Part shown: piece after piece, positions 17,893-28,443 of the stretch
Position numbering within the stretch: the first letter of the stretch is position 1
Layout: each line of letters begins with the position of its first letter
Source of the DNA: Candidatus Eiseniibacteriota bacterium
Lineage (GTDB): Bacteria; Eisenbacteria; RBG-16-71-46; JABDJR01
Direction of reading: 5' to 3'
NCBI GenBank assembly: GCA_963783375.1
Contig: CAWANH010000029.1
Span: 704,001 to 768,000 of the forward strand
DNA length: 64,000 nucleotides
Position numbers and translations under genes: made by a program
Notes under the pieces: model-generated
Told to the model about the DNA's origin: nothing
Seen by the model: only the letters and a program-made list of their open reading frames with translations
Database searches by the model: none

Positions 17893-19179
17893 ATGAACGC
17901 CACCAACCAATATCCCGACCGGCGAGCCGAACGCGGCAGCGCCATGGTCATCTCGCTGCTCGTGCTCATGGTCCTCACCATGATCGGGACCCTCTTCCTG
18001 GCCCAGACCAAGACCGAGACCCAGATCTCCGGCCACGACATGCGATCCACCCAGGCCCTCTACAACTCCGAGGCCGGTTGCGCCGAGGCCCTGGCCCGGA
18101 TGAGCGACATGTCCGACACCGTCAACTACGTCGGCCCGGCCCAGGGGGCATGGACCAGCGAGCCGGGGTGGGGCGCCTACATCGTTCTGGCCAACGGGAA
18201 CTCCGCCGGGGATCCCGACGTCGCCGACGCCGCCTCGGACGGGTTGGACAACGACGGCGACGGTTCGGTGGACGAGGACGGCGAGCGCTACCCCGAGGTG
18301 GCCACCAAGCAGACCGGCAACGACATGATCGACTACGACTGGGTCAAGGTCCGCTACAAGCTGAACGGCACCAATCAGGTCATCCTCTTCGGCGACCACG
18401 ACGACGACCTGACCACGCCGCCGCGGGAGAACCTCACGACGGGGGCGCCGGTCCTCCTCATCTCCGCCAGCGGGGCGCAGGGTTCGGCGAACCGCATCGT
18501 GGAGATCGAAGCGGTGAAGGTGCCCTTCCAGATCGTGAGGGCCGCCATCTACACCGAAAGCGACGACTTCAAGTTCAACGGCACCCAGTTCCTGGTCAGC
18601 GGCAAGGATTGGGACCCGGTCACCGATTCCGAGATCTTCGGCAACACCGAGGTTCCGGGCATCGCCACCACCGGCGCCCCGTCCAACATCGCTGGTGAGC
18701 TGAAGAGCAACCAGCAGAACAACGTGGAAGGCGACGGGAGCGAGCCCTCGGTGCAGAGCGCGCCGGTGGACATGGATCTCCAGGCCATGGCCGATCAGTA
18801 CGCGCCCCTCGCCACCATGACCCTTTCCGGCGGCACCTACAGCAACGTAGGCTGGGGGGACTACGACCACTACGAAGTCGTCCACGTGACCGGTGATCTT
18901 CACGTCTCCGGCGGCGGCATCGGGGGCGGGATCCTGGTGGTCGATGGGGACCTCATCTGCTCCGGCCAGTTCACCTGGTACGGCTTGGTGCTGATCCTGG
19001 GACAGATCGACTTCACCGGCGGCGGCGCCGGCATCCACCTCTACGGTTCCTGCCTCACCCAGGGCGGGATCGCCAGCCAGATCGTGGGTGGGAACGCCGA
19101 CGTCAAGTACTCCAGCGAGGCCTTGAACCGCCTGACCCAGCTCTCCCCCTACACCATCTCCGCCTGGCACGAGCTCTAG
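17893..19179 (+). CDS. PilX/GspK-like minor pilin (PilX N-terminal domain) with a Ca-binding loop
   Basis: Class III signal ERG|SAMVISLLVLMVLTMIG without E5, then QALYNSEAG..EAL (PilX_N), DGLDNDGDGSVDE and a beta-rich C-terminus (GILVVDGDL...F.W.GLVLI); GGGAG RBS. Confidence 0.8.
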   Translation: MNATNQYPDRRAERGSAMVISLLVLMVLTMIGTLFLAQTKTETQISGHDMRSTQALYNSEAGCAEALARMSDMSDTVNYVGPAQGAWTSEPGWGAYIVLANGNSAGDPDVADAASDGLDNDGDGSVDEDGERYPEVATKQTGNDMIDYDWVKVRYKLNGTNQVILFGDHDDDLTTPPRENLTTGAPVLLISASGAQGSANRIVEIEAVKVPFQIVRAAIYTESDDFKFNGTQFLVSGKDWDPVTDSEIFGNTEVPGIATTGAPSNIAGELKSNQQNNVEGDGSEPSVQSAPVDMDLQAMADQYAPLATMTLSGGTYSNVGWGDYDHYEVVHVTGDLHVSGGGIGGGILVVDGDLICSGQFTWYGLVLILGQIDFTGGGAGIHLYGSCLTQGGIASQIVGGNADVKYSSEALNRLTQLSPYTISAWHEL

Positions 19180-19200
19180 GCCGCATCTCCCCGGTTATCC

Positions 19201-19243
19201 GAACGCGCCCGCGGGGCGGCTACGGCCGCCCCGCTTCGCGTTC
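19201..19243. terminator. GC-rich hairpin with a cUACGg tetraloop between convergent genes
   Basis: GCGGGGCGGC-TACG-GCCGCCCCGC (19211-19234), extended by GAACGCG/CGCGTTC. Confidence 0.6.
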
Positions 19244-19293
19244 CGGCGTTCTCCCGCGCCGCGGCCGACGGAGCCCGTCCCCGCGCCCGGCGG

Positions 19294-20658
19294 TCAACCT
19301 CGCTCGGTCTTCCCGCTGAAGTGGAACTTCCCGAGGTGCATGGTGGGCATGGTGAGGGCGCCGGTGTCGGCGGTGGCCGACCACCACGAGGCCACCGGGG
19401 TCCGCTCCCGGGAGATCCCGCGCACGTCGTTCAGGGCTTCCACCAGGCTCTGGGTGAACCGGAGGTTTCCCACCGCCCCCCTGATCCGCCCGTCCTCGAT
19501 GAGGAACGTGCCGTCCCGGGTCATCCCGGTCATGAGCGCCCGCCGGGTGTCGAGGAACCCGTTCACGTAGTGGAACCGGGTCACCAGGAGCCCCCGCTCG
19601 ACCCGCGCCGGCATCTCCGCCGCGCCCAGCGTCCCGGGTTCGAAGAAGAGGTTCATGGGTACCGGGTCCGAGCCCTCGTTGGACGGGAGGACGGCGTGGG
19701 CGGTGCTCTCGCGCCCCATCCTCCCCGCCCACACCGAGTCGGTCCCGAAGGACCGGGCGATCCCCTTCTCGATCAGGTTCACCCGTCGTTTGGGCTGTCC
19801 CTCGAAATCGAAGGGGGTGGGCATTCCGGCGTCCTCGATCGCGTCGTCGTAGAGGGTCACCTCGGGCCCCAGGAGCGGCTGCCCGATCCGTCCGGCCAGG
19901 GCCGAGGTCTTCTCGTGCACCCCGCGGGCGCTCAGGCAGGTGAAGGTCATCCACTCCATGAGCTCGGCCATGGCGGGCGGCTCCAGGATGACCTCGTAGG
20001 TCCCCGGTTCGAGGGCGAGGGGGCGGGCCCCGTCCAGGCACTTGCGGATGGCGATCTCCCCCAGCCGCGCGAAGTCGAGTTCGGCGACGTCGCGGCTCAG
20101 CCCCGTCGCGTACCCGGAGGCGTTCTCCCCCAGCGCCACCAGGTTGGTGGATGCGCTGGTGAGGGGAGCGTAGGCGGCCACGCCCCTGGTGTTGGCCACC
20201 GCCAGCTCCTTCTCCGCGGTCCGGTACGCACCGGCCACCTGGAGATCGTGCCGGCGGGCGGCGTCGAAAACTGACTTGAGCGCCTTCGCGCGCTCTTCGG
20301 GCCCCACGCGGGCGGTTCGCTCCACGTGGCTCCGCGCCTCGGGAATGGCCCGGGGACCGGGAAGACCGCCGAAGGCGGGGTCGGGAGGGGCGAAGCGGGC
20401 CAGGGCCGCCGCGTCGGCCAGGACCCGCGAGGCGGTTTCGGGAGAGAGGCCGTGGGCGGAGGCGCGCCCGGCGCGCCCGTCCACGATCACCCGGGCCACC
20501 AGGAGCGCGTCCTCGACACAGACGTTCTGGTGGATCACCGAGTTGGCGCAGCGGCTGACCTCGTTCCGTCCCGCCACCGCCACCAGCTCGGCCTCGTCTC
20601 CCGCCGCCCCGACCAGGGCCGCGCTCAAGGTGGTGAGAATCCGGTCGCGGCCGATCAT
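19294..20658 (-). CDS. TldD/PmbA family protein (PmbA/TldE-like subunit)
   Basis: SRCANS.IHQN, LEPG.Y.VILEP.A..EL, PFD.EG and TGMTRDG.FLIE.G motifs; no HExxxH; ATGA overlap with the tldD stop. Confidence 0.85.
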   Translation of the reverse strand: MIGRDRILTTLSAALVGAAGDEAELVAVAGRNEVSRCANSVIHQNVCVEDALLVARVIVDGRAGRASAHGLSPETASRVLADAAALARFAPPDPAFGGLPGPRAIPEARSHVERTARVGPEERAKALKSVFDAARRHDLQVAGAYRTAEKELAVANTRGVAAYAPLTSASTNLVALGENASGYATGLSRDVAELDFARLGEIAIRKCLDGARPLALEPGTYEVILEPPAMAELMEWMTFTCLSARGVHEKTSALAGRIGQPLLGPEVTLYDDAIEDAGMPTPFDFEGQPKRRVNLIEKGIARSFGTDSVWAGRMGRESTAHAVLPSNEGSDPVPMNLFFEPGTLGAAEMPARVERGLLVTRFHYVNGFLDTRRALMTGMTRDGTFLIEDGRIRGAVGNLRFTQSLVEALNDVRGISRERTPVASWWSATADTGALTMPTMHLGKFHFSGKTERG

Positions 20659-22115
20659 TTCGACACCCCCACGCGGACGTTCTCGAACCGGGCGGGAGGA
20701 GCGCCGTGGCTCACGTGCATGACCTGCATCGGCTCCCCCTTGCCGCAGGACGGAAGCCCGGTCAGGAGCCAGTCCTCCCGGCCCCCCACCGCGGTGCATC
20801 CGCCCCAGAAGCGCGGCGTGATCCCGGTGTAGACCGGGTTCTTGAGCAGGCGGATCCGCTTCCCCCGCTTGATCTCCCAGGCCGCCTCCAGGCCGAACTG
20901 GAAGTTCAGACGGATGTCGTCGATGCTCCAGGACTTGTTGGTGGTCATGTAGATCCCGTCCTTCACCTCGGAGAGGATCTCCTCCAGCGTCCCTTCGCCC
21001 GGCTCCAGGTTCACGTTCACCATCCGGATGAGGGGGAGGTGGGACCAGCTCTCGGCCCGCATGGTCCCGCCCGAGGCCCCCAGCCCCACCGCCGGGGCGG
21101 TCTCCCGCGAGGTGAGGTATCCCACGTGAATTCCCTTCTCCACCAGCGGGGTCCGTCCCGCCGGCACTCCCTCATCGTCCCACCCGAACGTGCCCAGCCC
21201 CCCGGGGGTGGTGGAGTCCGCGGTGAGGTTCACCAGGGGGGAGCCGTAGCGGAGCGTCCCCAATCCTCCGATTCCCATGAAGCTCCCGCCGGCCAGGGAG
21301 ATCTCGGTTCCCAGCACGCGGTCGAGCTCGGTGGGATGCCCGCAGGACTCGTGGATCTGAAGTCCCACCTGATCGGCCCCCAGGACCAGGGTGGTCTCGG
21401 CGCCCGGGCAGTCGGGGGCGACGCAGAGCGCCGCCGCCTCCTCGGCCACCCGCGGGGCGTGGTCGGGCAATTCCATGTCGGCGACGAATTCATATCCGGC
21501 CGCCCTGAAATTTCCGCGAAAGGAATTGGGATAGGAACGGCGCTGAACCTCGTCGTCGACCCGGGCGGTGGCCACGATCCCTCCCCCCGATTCGGTCGTT
21601 TCCTGCCGGATCTCCGTTCCCTCGGTGGAATGGAGCTCCCTCGCGAACCGGAAGAAGTCCATCGAGGCCTCGGCCGCGATCACCCGGGGATGGGCCTGCA
21701 TCGCCTCCACCGACCGGACCAGCAGGTCGACCTTCCGGTCCAGGGGAACGCCGAAGGGATCGATTCCGTAGGCGGACTTCCATTCCCCCCGGGCGGGCTC
21801 CACCGGGGCCAGGCGCACCTTCCCCCCCCCGGCCGAAGCGGAGGCCCGGGCCACCGCGGCCGCCCGCGCCACCGTGGTACGCATCGCATCCCCGGTTTCC
21901 GTCGCGGAAGCGGCGAACCCCCACGCTCCGTCGAGGAGCACCCGCACCCCGAACCCCCGGTCCGAACCACGGAGCGCGGTCTCCAGGATGCCGTTTCTCA
22001 CCAACAGGCTTTCGGTGCGCGTCTCCACGTGGCGGACGTCCCCGTACTCCGCACCCGCCTCCCGGAGGAGTTTCACCCCCAGACGCAGAAGGTCACCGAC
22101 CGGAATCGCTCCCAT
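20655..22115 (-). CDS. tldD: Metalloprotease TldD
   Basis: GFGVRVL.DGAWGFA, HESCGHPTELDR (HExxxH), WDDEGV, PLIRM.N and C-terminal CGKGEP motifs. Confidence 0.9.
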   Translation of the reverse strand: MGAIPVGDLLRLGVKLLREAGAEYGDVRHVETRTESLLVRNGILETALRGSDRGFGVRVLLDGAWGFAASATETGDAMRTTVARAAAVARASASAGGGKVRLAPVEPARGEWKSAYGIDPFGVPLDRKVDLLVRSVEAMQAHPRVIAAEASMDFFRFARELHSTEGTEIRQETTESGGGIVATARVDDEVQRRSYPNSFRGNFRAAGYEFVADMELPDHAPRVAEEAAALCVAPDCPGAETTLVLGADQVGLQIHESCGHPTELDRVLGTEISLAGGSFMGIGGLGTLRYGSPLVNLTADSTTPGGLGTFGWDDEGVPAGRTPLVEKGIHVGYLTSRETAPAVGLGASGGTMRAESWSHLPLIRMVNVNLEPGEGTLEEILSEVKDGIYMTTNKSWSIDDIRLNFQFGLEAAWEIKRGKRIRLLKNPVYTGITPRFWGGCTAVGGREDWLLTGLPSCGKGEPMQVMHVSHGAPPARFENVRVGVSK

Positions 22116-22170
22116 GAACGCCGTCCTTTCCCGCCGACCGAAGGCGGCCGGATCCCGTTGTTCGACGGGT

Positions 22171-23109
22171 CTACCCGCGTCCCCCGAGACTCTCGAAGGG
22201 CTCGGTCACGCCGAGCACGCAGGCCACCCGACCGCATTCCACCGACTCCAGCTGAAGGGTGGTGTGGCTGATCCCGAAATCCCGCTGGAGCAGGGCCTTC
22301 GCCTCGGCGAGAATCCGATCCGTCTCCCCCAAACGCTCCGGCTGGACCCTCAGGTGGCCGGAAAGGGCATGGACGCCGGAGGTGAGGCTCCACACGTGGA
22401 GGTCATGAATGCCGTCCACTCCCTCCAGCTCGGTGACCGCCTCCCCGAGCCGGCGAAGGTCCACCTCGGGAGGCGTGGACTCCAGCAGCACCGACACCGA
22501 CTCGCGCAGAAGCCGGTAGGCCCCGTACACCACCACCCCGGCCAGGAGCACGCTCACCGCGGGGTCGATCCACCACCGTGAGGTGAGAGCCATCAGCCCC
22601 GCCGCGCCGAGGACCAGGACCGAGCTCGCCCCGTCCGAAACGGCGTGCCAGAGCGCGCCCCGGGTGCTGAGCCCCCCGCGGGCCCGGCTCAGCCACCAGA
22701 TCACCACCAGGTTCACCGCGAGCCCCGCCGCGGCCACCGGAGCCAGGATGTCCACCTTGACCTCGGGGGGGGAGCCGAATCGCCGCCACGCCTCCACCAG
22801 GATGCCCAGGGCCACCAGGGCCAGGAGCACCCCGTTGGCCATGGCGCTCAGGATCTCGAGGCGGTAGTAGCCGAAGCTGCGTTTGCGGTCGGCGGGGCGG
22901 GTGGCGAAACGGATCGCCGCCCCGGCCAGGGCCAGAGCGAGGATGTCGGTGAGCATGTGCCCGGCATCGGAGAGAAGGGCCAGGGAATTGGCGAGGATCC
23001 CGCCAACCACCTCGATTCCGAAGAGCAGGACGGTCACCACCAACGCCCGCCGGAGCGCTCGTCCTTCGTCCAGGGAGCTGGCCCGAGGATGATGGCGATG
23101 AGAGGTCAT
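22171..23109 (-). CDS. czcD: Cation diffusion facilitator (Zn/Co/Cd efflux)
   Basis: SLALLSDAGHMLTD, SFGYYRLEILSA, H..SD, IHDLHVW and HTTLQLE motifs; His-rich N-terminus. Confidence 0.9.
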   Translation of the reverse strand: MTSHRHHPRASSLDEGRALRRALVVTVLLFGIEVVGGILANSLALLSDAGHMLTDILALALAGAAIRFATRPADRKRSFGYYRLEILSAMANGVLLALVALGILVEAWRRFGSPPEVKVDILAPVAAAGLAVNLVVIWWLSRARGGLSTRGALWHAVSDGASSVLVLGAAGLMALTSRWWIDPAVSVLLAGVVVYGAYRLLRESVSVLLESTPPEVDLRRLGEAVTELEGVDGIHDLHVWSLTSGVHALSGHLRVQPERLGETDRILAEAKALLQRDFGISHTTLQLESVECGRVACVLGVTEPFESLGGRG

Positions 23110-23149
23110 GGTGATGGCTCTGAAGCTGTGGAAGTTACCAAAACACTTG

Positions 23150-23180
23150 ACTATAGGCTGTCGGCGGGGCAACGTGTCAA
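23150..23180 (-). promoter_or_regulatory. Sigma70-type promoter with a 19-bp spacer upstream of czcD
   Basis: Minus strand TTGACA-N19-TATAGT, bracketed by a CTTGAC/GTCAAG inverted repeat. Confidence 0.5.
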
Positions 23181-23373
23181 GGCGGTCGGGGGGACGCGGA
23201 GGACGTTCCGGGCTCCCCGGGAGCGCCGGGAAGGGCCGGGGCCGGCCCTGGGCCGGCCGATCAAGGAGGGCAGAAACCGGGCAGGCCCAACGAACCGACC
23301 CCGGCGAATGCGCCGCACACGCTCAAGAGATTGTACCATCAAAACCCACATGCGGTTCCGTACGTGAGTTCAT

Positions 23374-24417
23374 TTGAAGTCTGAACGCCGCTTCCCGGCC
23401 CGCGCGCCGGGACCCAGCGCCCCCGTGACCTTCGGGCGGATCCTCGTGATCCTGGTCGCCTTCTTCGCCGTCGCGGTGGCCGGGTTCATGTTCCTGGAGC
23501 GCCTCCCTCTCGACGACGCGATCTACCTGGCGGTGGCCACCATGACCACGGTGGGTTATGGCGACATCGTCCCGGGGACCCCGGCGGGGCGGTGGTTCAC
23601 CGTCGTGGTGATGCTGGGCGGGGTGAGCATCGGGTTCTACGCGGTAGGCACCCTGGCCGCTCTCCTGGTGGAGGGACGGCTCGGTCGTCTGGTGGAGGAG
23701 CGCCGCATGCGGAAACAGATCGAGGATCTCCGGGACCACTTCGTGATCTGCGGCTTCGGCGAGGTGGGAGTCCGCCTGGTTTCGGAGCTGGTCAGGTCCG
23801 AGGCCCCCTTCGTGGTCGTGGAGCGCGACCCGTCGCGCGCCCAGGCCGCGCGGGACGAGGGGTACCTGGTGGTGGAAGGGGACGCCACCGACGACGCGGT
23901 CCTGGCCCAGGTCCGGGTGGAGCGGGCCCGGGGGTTGGCCACGGTGATCAACGACGACGCCGAGAACCTCTACATCACCGCCAGCACCCGTGCCCTGAAC
24001 CCGTCGATAGCCATCGTGGCCCGCGGGTCCCGCCTTCGCGGCCGGCGCTATCTCACCCAGGCCGGAGCCACCAGCGTGGTCTACCTGGACGACCTGGGGG
24101 CGATCCGCATGGCCCGGTCCCTCATGCACCCCGACGTGGTGACCTTCCTCGAGGAGATGATGTCCCCGGCCCGCGGCGATGCCCAGCTCGAGGCGATGAA
24201 GCTCCCGCCGGGATGTCCGGCGGCGGGAAAGACCCTGAAGGAGCTGAACCTCCGGGCCCGGCTGGGGATCCAGGTCCTGGCGGTGAAGCGCGAGGGGCGC
24301 TACCTGGCCAATCCCGCCCCCGAGGAGAAGCTCCGGGGCGAGGACGTGCTTCTGGTGGTGGGCCCTCGGGACCAGATCATCCGCCTCGAGGCGGAGTTGG
24401 ACCGGGGAGGGACCTAG
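23374..24417 (+). CDS. Potassium channel with RCK (TrkA-N/TrkA-C) domains
   Basis: Selectivity filter TTVGYGD, Rossmann ICGFGEVG, GDAT, DDAENL and TrkA-C GKTLKEL motifs; start may be GTG 23425. Confidence 0.9.
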   Translation: MKSERRFPARAPGPSAPVTFGRILVILVAFFAVAVAGFMFLERLPLDDAIYLAVATMTTVGYGDIVPGTPAGRWFTVVVMLGGVSIGFYAVGTLAALLVEGRLGRLVEERRMRKQIEDLRDHFVICGFGEVGVRLVSELVRSEAPFVVVERDPSRAQAARDEGYLVVEGDATDDAVLAQVRVERARGLATVINDDAENLYITASTRALNPSIAIVARGSRLRGRRYLTQAGATSVVYLDDLGAIRMARSLMHPDVVTFLEEMMSPARGDAQLEAMKLPPGCPAAGKTLKELNLRARLGIQVLAVKREGRYLANPAPEEKLRGEDVLLVVGPRDQIIRLEAELDRGGT

Positions 24418-24477
24418 CCCGACCCGTTCATGAGGCCGTGTCGCGAGGGGGAGCGGATGGCCGTCAGGTCGCGCGCC

Positions 24478-25460
24478 TCATCCCCCCCGGAGACCGGAGC
24501 CGGTGAGCCAGGCCAGGACGGGGTCGCCTTCCCCCCCGCCCGCATGCGGCGCACCCCGGCCTCGGCCGCCGCCGCCGCCCGCTCCGCGGCCACCCCGCGC
24601 CGTCCCAGGGCCTGGTGGGCGCCGGCGATCTCCGCTTCGGTCACCTCGATCACCTCTCCCCGGTGGCGTTCCAGGACGGCCAGGATCTCCTCGCGGCGCG
24701 GCGGGTCGGCGATCCCGATTCCCGCGGCCTCGGTGCGGCCGGTCCCCCCCGGTGCGCGGAGACCCGGGCACGCTTCGGCCTGGACCGCGATCAACCGGAT
24801 GTCCTCGCCGATGCCCGCTCGGGCCAGGACCAGCGCCAGCCCCAGAAGGAGCGACCCGTTTCCAACCGGGACCACCCAGATCCGCGGCGGGGATCCGCCG
24901 CACTGTCGGAGCGCCTCGACCCCGCTCTGGGCCGTTCCCTCGAGGAAGGCGGGGTGGAAGACGTGGCTGAAGTAGAACTCGCGCTCGGCGGCCTCCAGGG
25001 CCCGGGCCGAGGCGGCACCGCGGTTCCCGGCGGCCACCACCACGGCCCCCAGGACCTCCAACGCCTCCCGCTTGGCCCGGGGCAGGGCGCCGGGGGCGTG
25101 GACGGTGAGCGGGAGCCGGCACCGCGCCGCGGCCGAGGCCGCGGCCAGGGCCGCGCTCCCCGAGGAATCGAGCACCAGGCTCCGGGCCCCCGACCGCTCG
25201 GCCACCGCGGCCAGGACCGTCGCCCCGCGGTCCTTGAAGGACCCGGTGCCGTTCAGGTCCTCCCGTTTCCACCAGAGATCGTGATCCATCGGATCCGGCC
25301 AGAGGGGCACCGGCTCGATCACGCCCTCCTCCTCCACCCCCGGGGCCGGATAGAGCTCGGGGGCCGCGGCCGACCATAGCCCGCCGCAGAGACAGCGCAC
25401 GGGCCAGGTGGGACCGGTCCGTCCCTCACGGCCGCAGGACCGGCATACCAGGTCGTTCAT
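24478..25460 (-). CDS. Threonine-synthase-like PLP enzyme (fold II), apparent frameshift at 24531-24537
   Basis: N-terminal CxxC/CxC, KRED.N.TGSFKDRG, SSG, VPVGNGSLL and VQAE.C motifs; the conserved C-terminal LTGSGL lies in the neighbouring frame after a G7 run. Confidence 0.75.
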
Positions 25461-27237
25461 GGCATCACCTCCTCTCCACCACCCGATACCGCCACGACGG
25501 TGAGGTCGTCGGGGAGCTTCCCTGCCGCAAACACCCGCACCGCGGCGATGAGCGCGGTGATGAGCGCCCGGGGCGGATCGCCGGCATGGGCGCGGATCGT
25601 GGATACCAGCCGCTCCTCACCGAACTCCTCCCCCTCCGGACTGGTGGCCTCGGTGACGCCGTCGGTATAGAGCACCAGGAGATCGCCGGGCCCCAGGTCG
25701 ATTTCGCTCTCCTCGTAGTCCTGGTCGGGAAAGGCGCCGAGAATCATTCCCCCCACCTCCAGCCACTCGATCTCCCCCCCGCCCGAAGCAGGAGCGGCGG
25801 GTTGTGTCCGGCGTTGGTGTAGCGGAACCGGGTGAGACCGGGATCCAGGATCCCGAACACCCCGGTCACGAACTCGGTCTCGCGGAGACTCCCTTTGAGA
25901 AACGTGTTGAGCTCGCGGGCCAGGACCGAGGGATGGGAGCGATGGGCCGCCCCCAGTCGGAACGCGGTGCGCAGGCTCGACATGATGAGCGCGGCGGGAA
26001 TCCCCTTTCCGGAAACGTCGGCGACCGCCACCGCCACCGTACCGTCGCGGCGCTCCAGGAAATCATAGTAGTCGCCGCTCACTTCCTCGTTGGGGAGGGT
26101 GCGGCCGTCCAGACCCCGCCGGCGAAGCCGGTCGGGAATCCGGGGGAGGAAGTAGCGCTGGATGCGACGTGCGATCCGGAGCTCCTGCTCCAACCGCCGC
26201 CGCTCCGTTTCCTGCTCGAGGAGCCGCGCCCGCTCCAGGGCCACCGCGGCCTGGCCGGCGAAGGTCTCGAGAAGTTCCAGATCGTGGGCGGTGTACGCGC
26301 CGTGGCGGTCGCTCTCCAGGTTGAACACCCCCAGCACCCGCCCCCCCGACTTGAGCGGGGCCACCATCTCGGAGACGGTGACGGATCGCGCGTCGTAGTA
26401 GCGCGGATCGTCCCGGACGTCGGCCACGATCTCCGGGCTTCCGGTCCGCGCCACCGAGCCCACGATGCCCTGGCCGACCTTGAGCCGCACCATCTCCTCC
26501 CCGCCCTCGGGATATCCCCGGAGCGACTGGTTGACGACCTCCAGCCCGTCCTCCCCCAGGAGATAGATCACCGCGGCGTCGTAGGGAACGACCTGCCGCA
26601 GGAGATCGAGAATGGTGGTGAGGAGCTCGCGCAGGTCGAGGGTCCGTCCCAGCTCCTGGCCCACCTCCTGGAGAAGTCGCGCCTCCAGACGCTCCCGGCG
26701 CAACCGTTCGTACAGGAGCCCGAGCTCGAAGGACGAGGCAACCTCGTTCAGGAGCCCCCCCAGCGCCCCGGCGTCGGGGATCACCGCGGGGTCCGGGTCG
26801 GCCAGCTCGACCAGCGCGACCGGACGGCCCCACGGCCGGACCCCCCCGGAGACCACCCGGTCCGCCGCAGCCCCCGCCTCCGCGGCCAGGGCGGCCAGGC
26901 CGGAGGAGAACCAATCCGTCTCCGGACGGCCCGGCTCCGGCACGGAGAGGTCCCGGATACGCTCCTCGGAGGTCAGGGGCCGGGTGGAGCGAAGCGGCGG
27001 CCGGTCCCGGGGCACGAGGAGAAAGACGTCCCGGTCGGCCTCGTGGAGGCGGGCGGAGATGCCGCAGGTCCGGGCCCCGGTCCCCTCCATCATCAATCGG
27101 GCCACCGACCCCAGAAAGCTCCGAAGCTCGAGCCGGGGATCGACGGCGAGGACATGCCGCCGGAGCCGGCGCCGGGGATCGACGGCGGGCCGGACTTCGG
27201 CGTCCTCGCCGGCCGAGGCGCCGGGATCGCGGCTCAT
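25457..27237 (-). CDS. GAF-domain SpoIIE/RsbU-type PP2C phosphatase, apparent frameshift at 25774-25780
   Basis: GAF (GQGIVG.VA, DV..DPRY, SEMVAPL), A..IQ, VSGDYYDF, VADVSGKG and NAGHNPP motifs; LYTDGVTEA and DDLT sit in the shifted frame. Confidence 0.85.
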
Positions 27238-28421
27238 GCCCGACCCCCGCCCTCCGGAAGCGGGTACTTGAAACCGTTCCCGGTCAGGAACAGCACGACG
27301 TCCTCATGGGGCTCCAGCCAGCCCTCGGCGGCCAGAATACGCGCCGCGGCCACGGTGGCCGCGGCCTCGGGGGCGGCGAAGACGCCCTCGATCCTTCCCA
27401 ACTCACGCCGCGCGTCCTCCATGGCCCCGTCGGTCACGGTCAGCGCGGTCCCCCCGGTCCGCCGCACCGCGTCCAGGATCAGGTGATCACCGATGGTGCC
27501 GGGGACCCGGAGCCCGTTGGCTTCGGTCCGGGGGGCGGGCCAGGGCTCGGCGTGGTCCTTTCCTTCCCGAAAGGCCCGGACCAGGGGCGCGCACCCTTCG
27601 GCCTGAACCACCACGAAGCGGGGAGGCGGTCCGTACAGGAGCCCCAGGGCGCGAAGTTCCTCGTCCGCCTTGGCCATTCCCACGATGCCGGTCCCCCCGC
27701 CGGTGGGATAGATCACCGTGCGCGGCCAGCTCCAGCCCAACTGCTCCACCAGCTCGTAGCCCATGGTCTTCTTGCCCTCCACCCGGTAAGGCTCCTTCAG
27801 GGTGGAGAGGAAGAACCAGTCCGAGGCCTCGGGCCGCGCGGCCAGCCACCTCCCGGCCTGGGCGATGTCCCCGTCGACATCGTAGACCCGGGCCCCGTGC
27901 AACCGCGCCTCCTCGCGGAACGGCTCGGGCGTGGCCAGAGGAAGCGCCACGTGAACCTCCGCGCCCCAGTATCCCCCGTAGGCCGCGCCCGCGCCCCCCG
28001 CGTTTCCCGCGCTGGGGAGCGCCAGCCGCTTCGCCCCCAGCTCCACCGCCCGGGCCACCGCCGTGGCCATGCCCCGGGCCTTGAAGGACCCCCCCGGATT
28101 CCTGCCTTCGTCCTTGAGGAGGAGACGGGAGAGACCGAGAGCGGCGCCAAGCCGCTCGGCGTGCAGAAGCGGAGTGGCCCCCTCCCCGAGCCCGCGGCGT
28201 CGGCCCGGCTCGCGAACCGGCAACACCTCCGCCCATCGCCAGAGCCCCGGCTCCCGTTCCCGCAGGGCATCCGGGGTCAGAGTCTCCGCCGCCCGTTCCA
28301 GATCGTAGCGGGCCAGCCACGTCCCTCCGCACGGGCAGAAGGTCTGGAGCCGATCCGGATCGGCGGCGTCTCCACACCGTGCGCACTCGAGGGCGATGAG
28401 AGCGGAGACCGGTCGGGTCAT
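27234..28421 (-). CDS. thrC: Threonine synthase
   Basis: CxxC/CxC, LGEG.TPL, KDEG.NP.GSFKARG, PSAGNAG, STLKEPYRVEGKKTMGYE, YPTGGGTG and TGNGFKY motifs. Confidence 0.85.
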   Translation of the reverse strand: MTRPVSALIALECARCGDAADPDRLQTFCPCGGTWLARYDLERAAETLTPDALREREPGLWRWAEVLPVREPGRRRGLGEGATPLLHAERLGAALGLSRLLLKDEGRNPGGSFKARGMATAVARAVELGAKRLALPSAGNAGGAGAAYGGYWGAEVHVALPLATPEPFREEARLHGARVYDVDGDIAQAGRWLAARPEASDWFFLSTLKEPYRVEGKKTMGYELVEQLGWSWPRTVIYPTGGGTGIVGMAKADEELRALGLLYGPPPRFVVVQAEGCAPLVRAFREGKDHAEPWPAPRTEANGLRVPGTIGDHLILDAVRRTGGTALTVTDGAMEDARRELGRIEGVFAAPEAAATVAAARILAAEGWLEPHEDVVLFLTGNGFKYPLPEGGGRA

Positions 28422-28443
28422 CGCGGGTCGGCCCCGATCCCGA

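Noticed and set aside
19294-22115. TldD/PmbA pair as part of a RiPP cluster
   Set aside because: No precursor peptide, YcaO or radical SAM gene is adjacent; it looks like the housekeeping pair.
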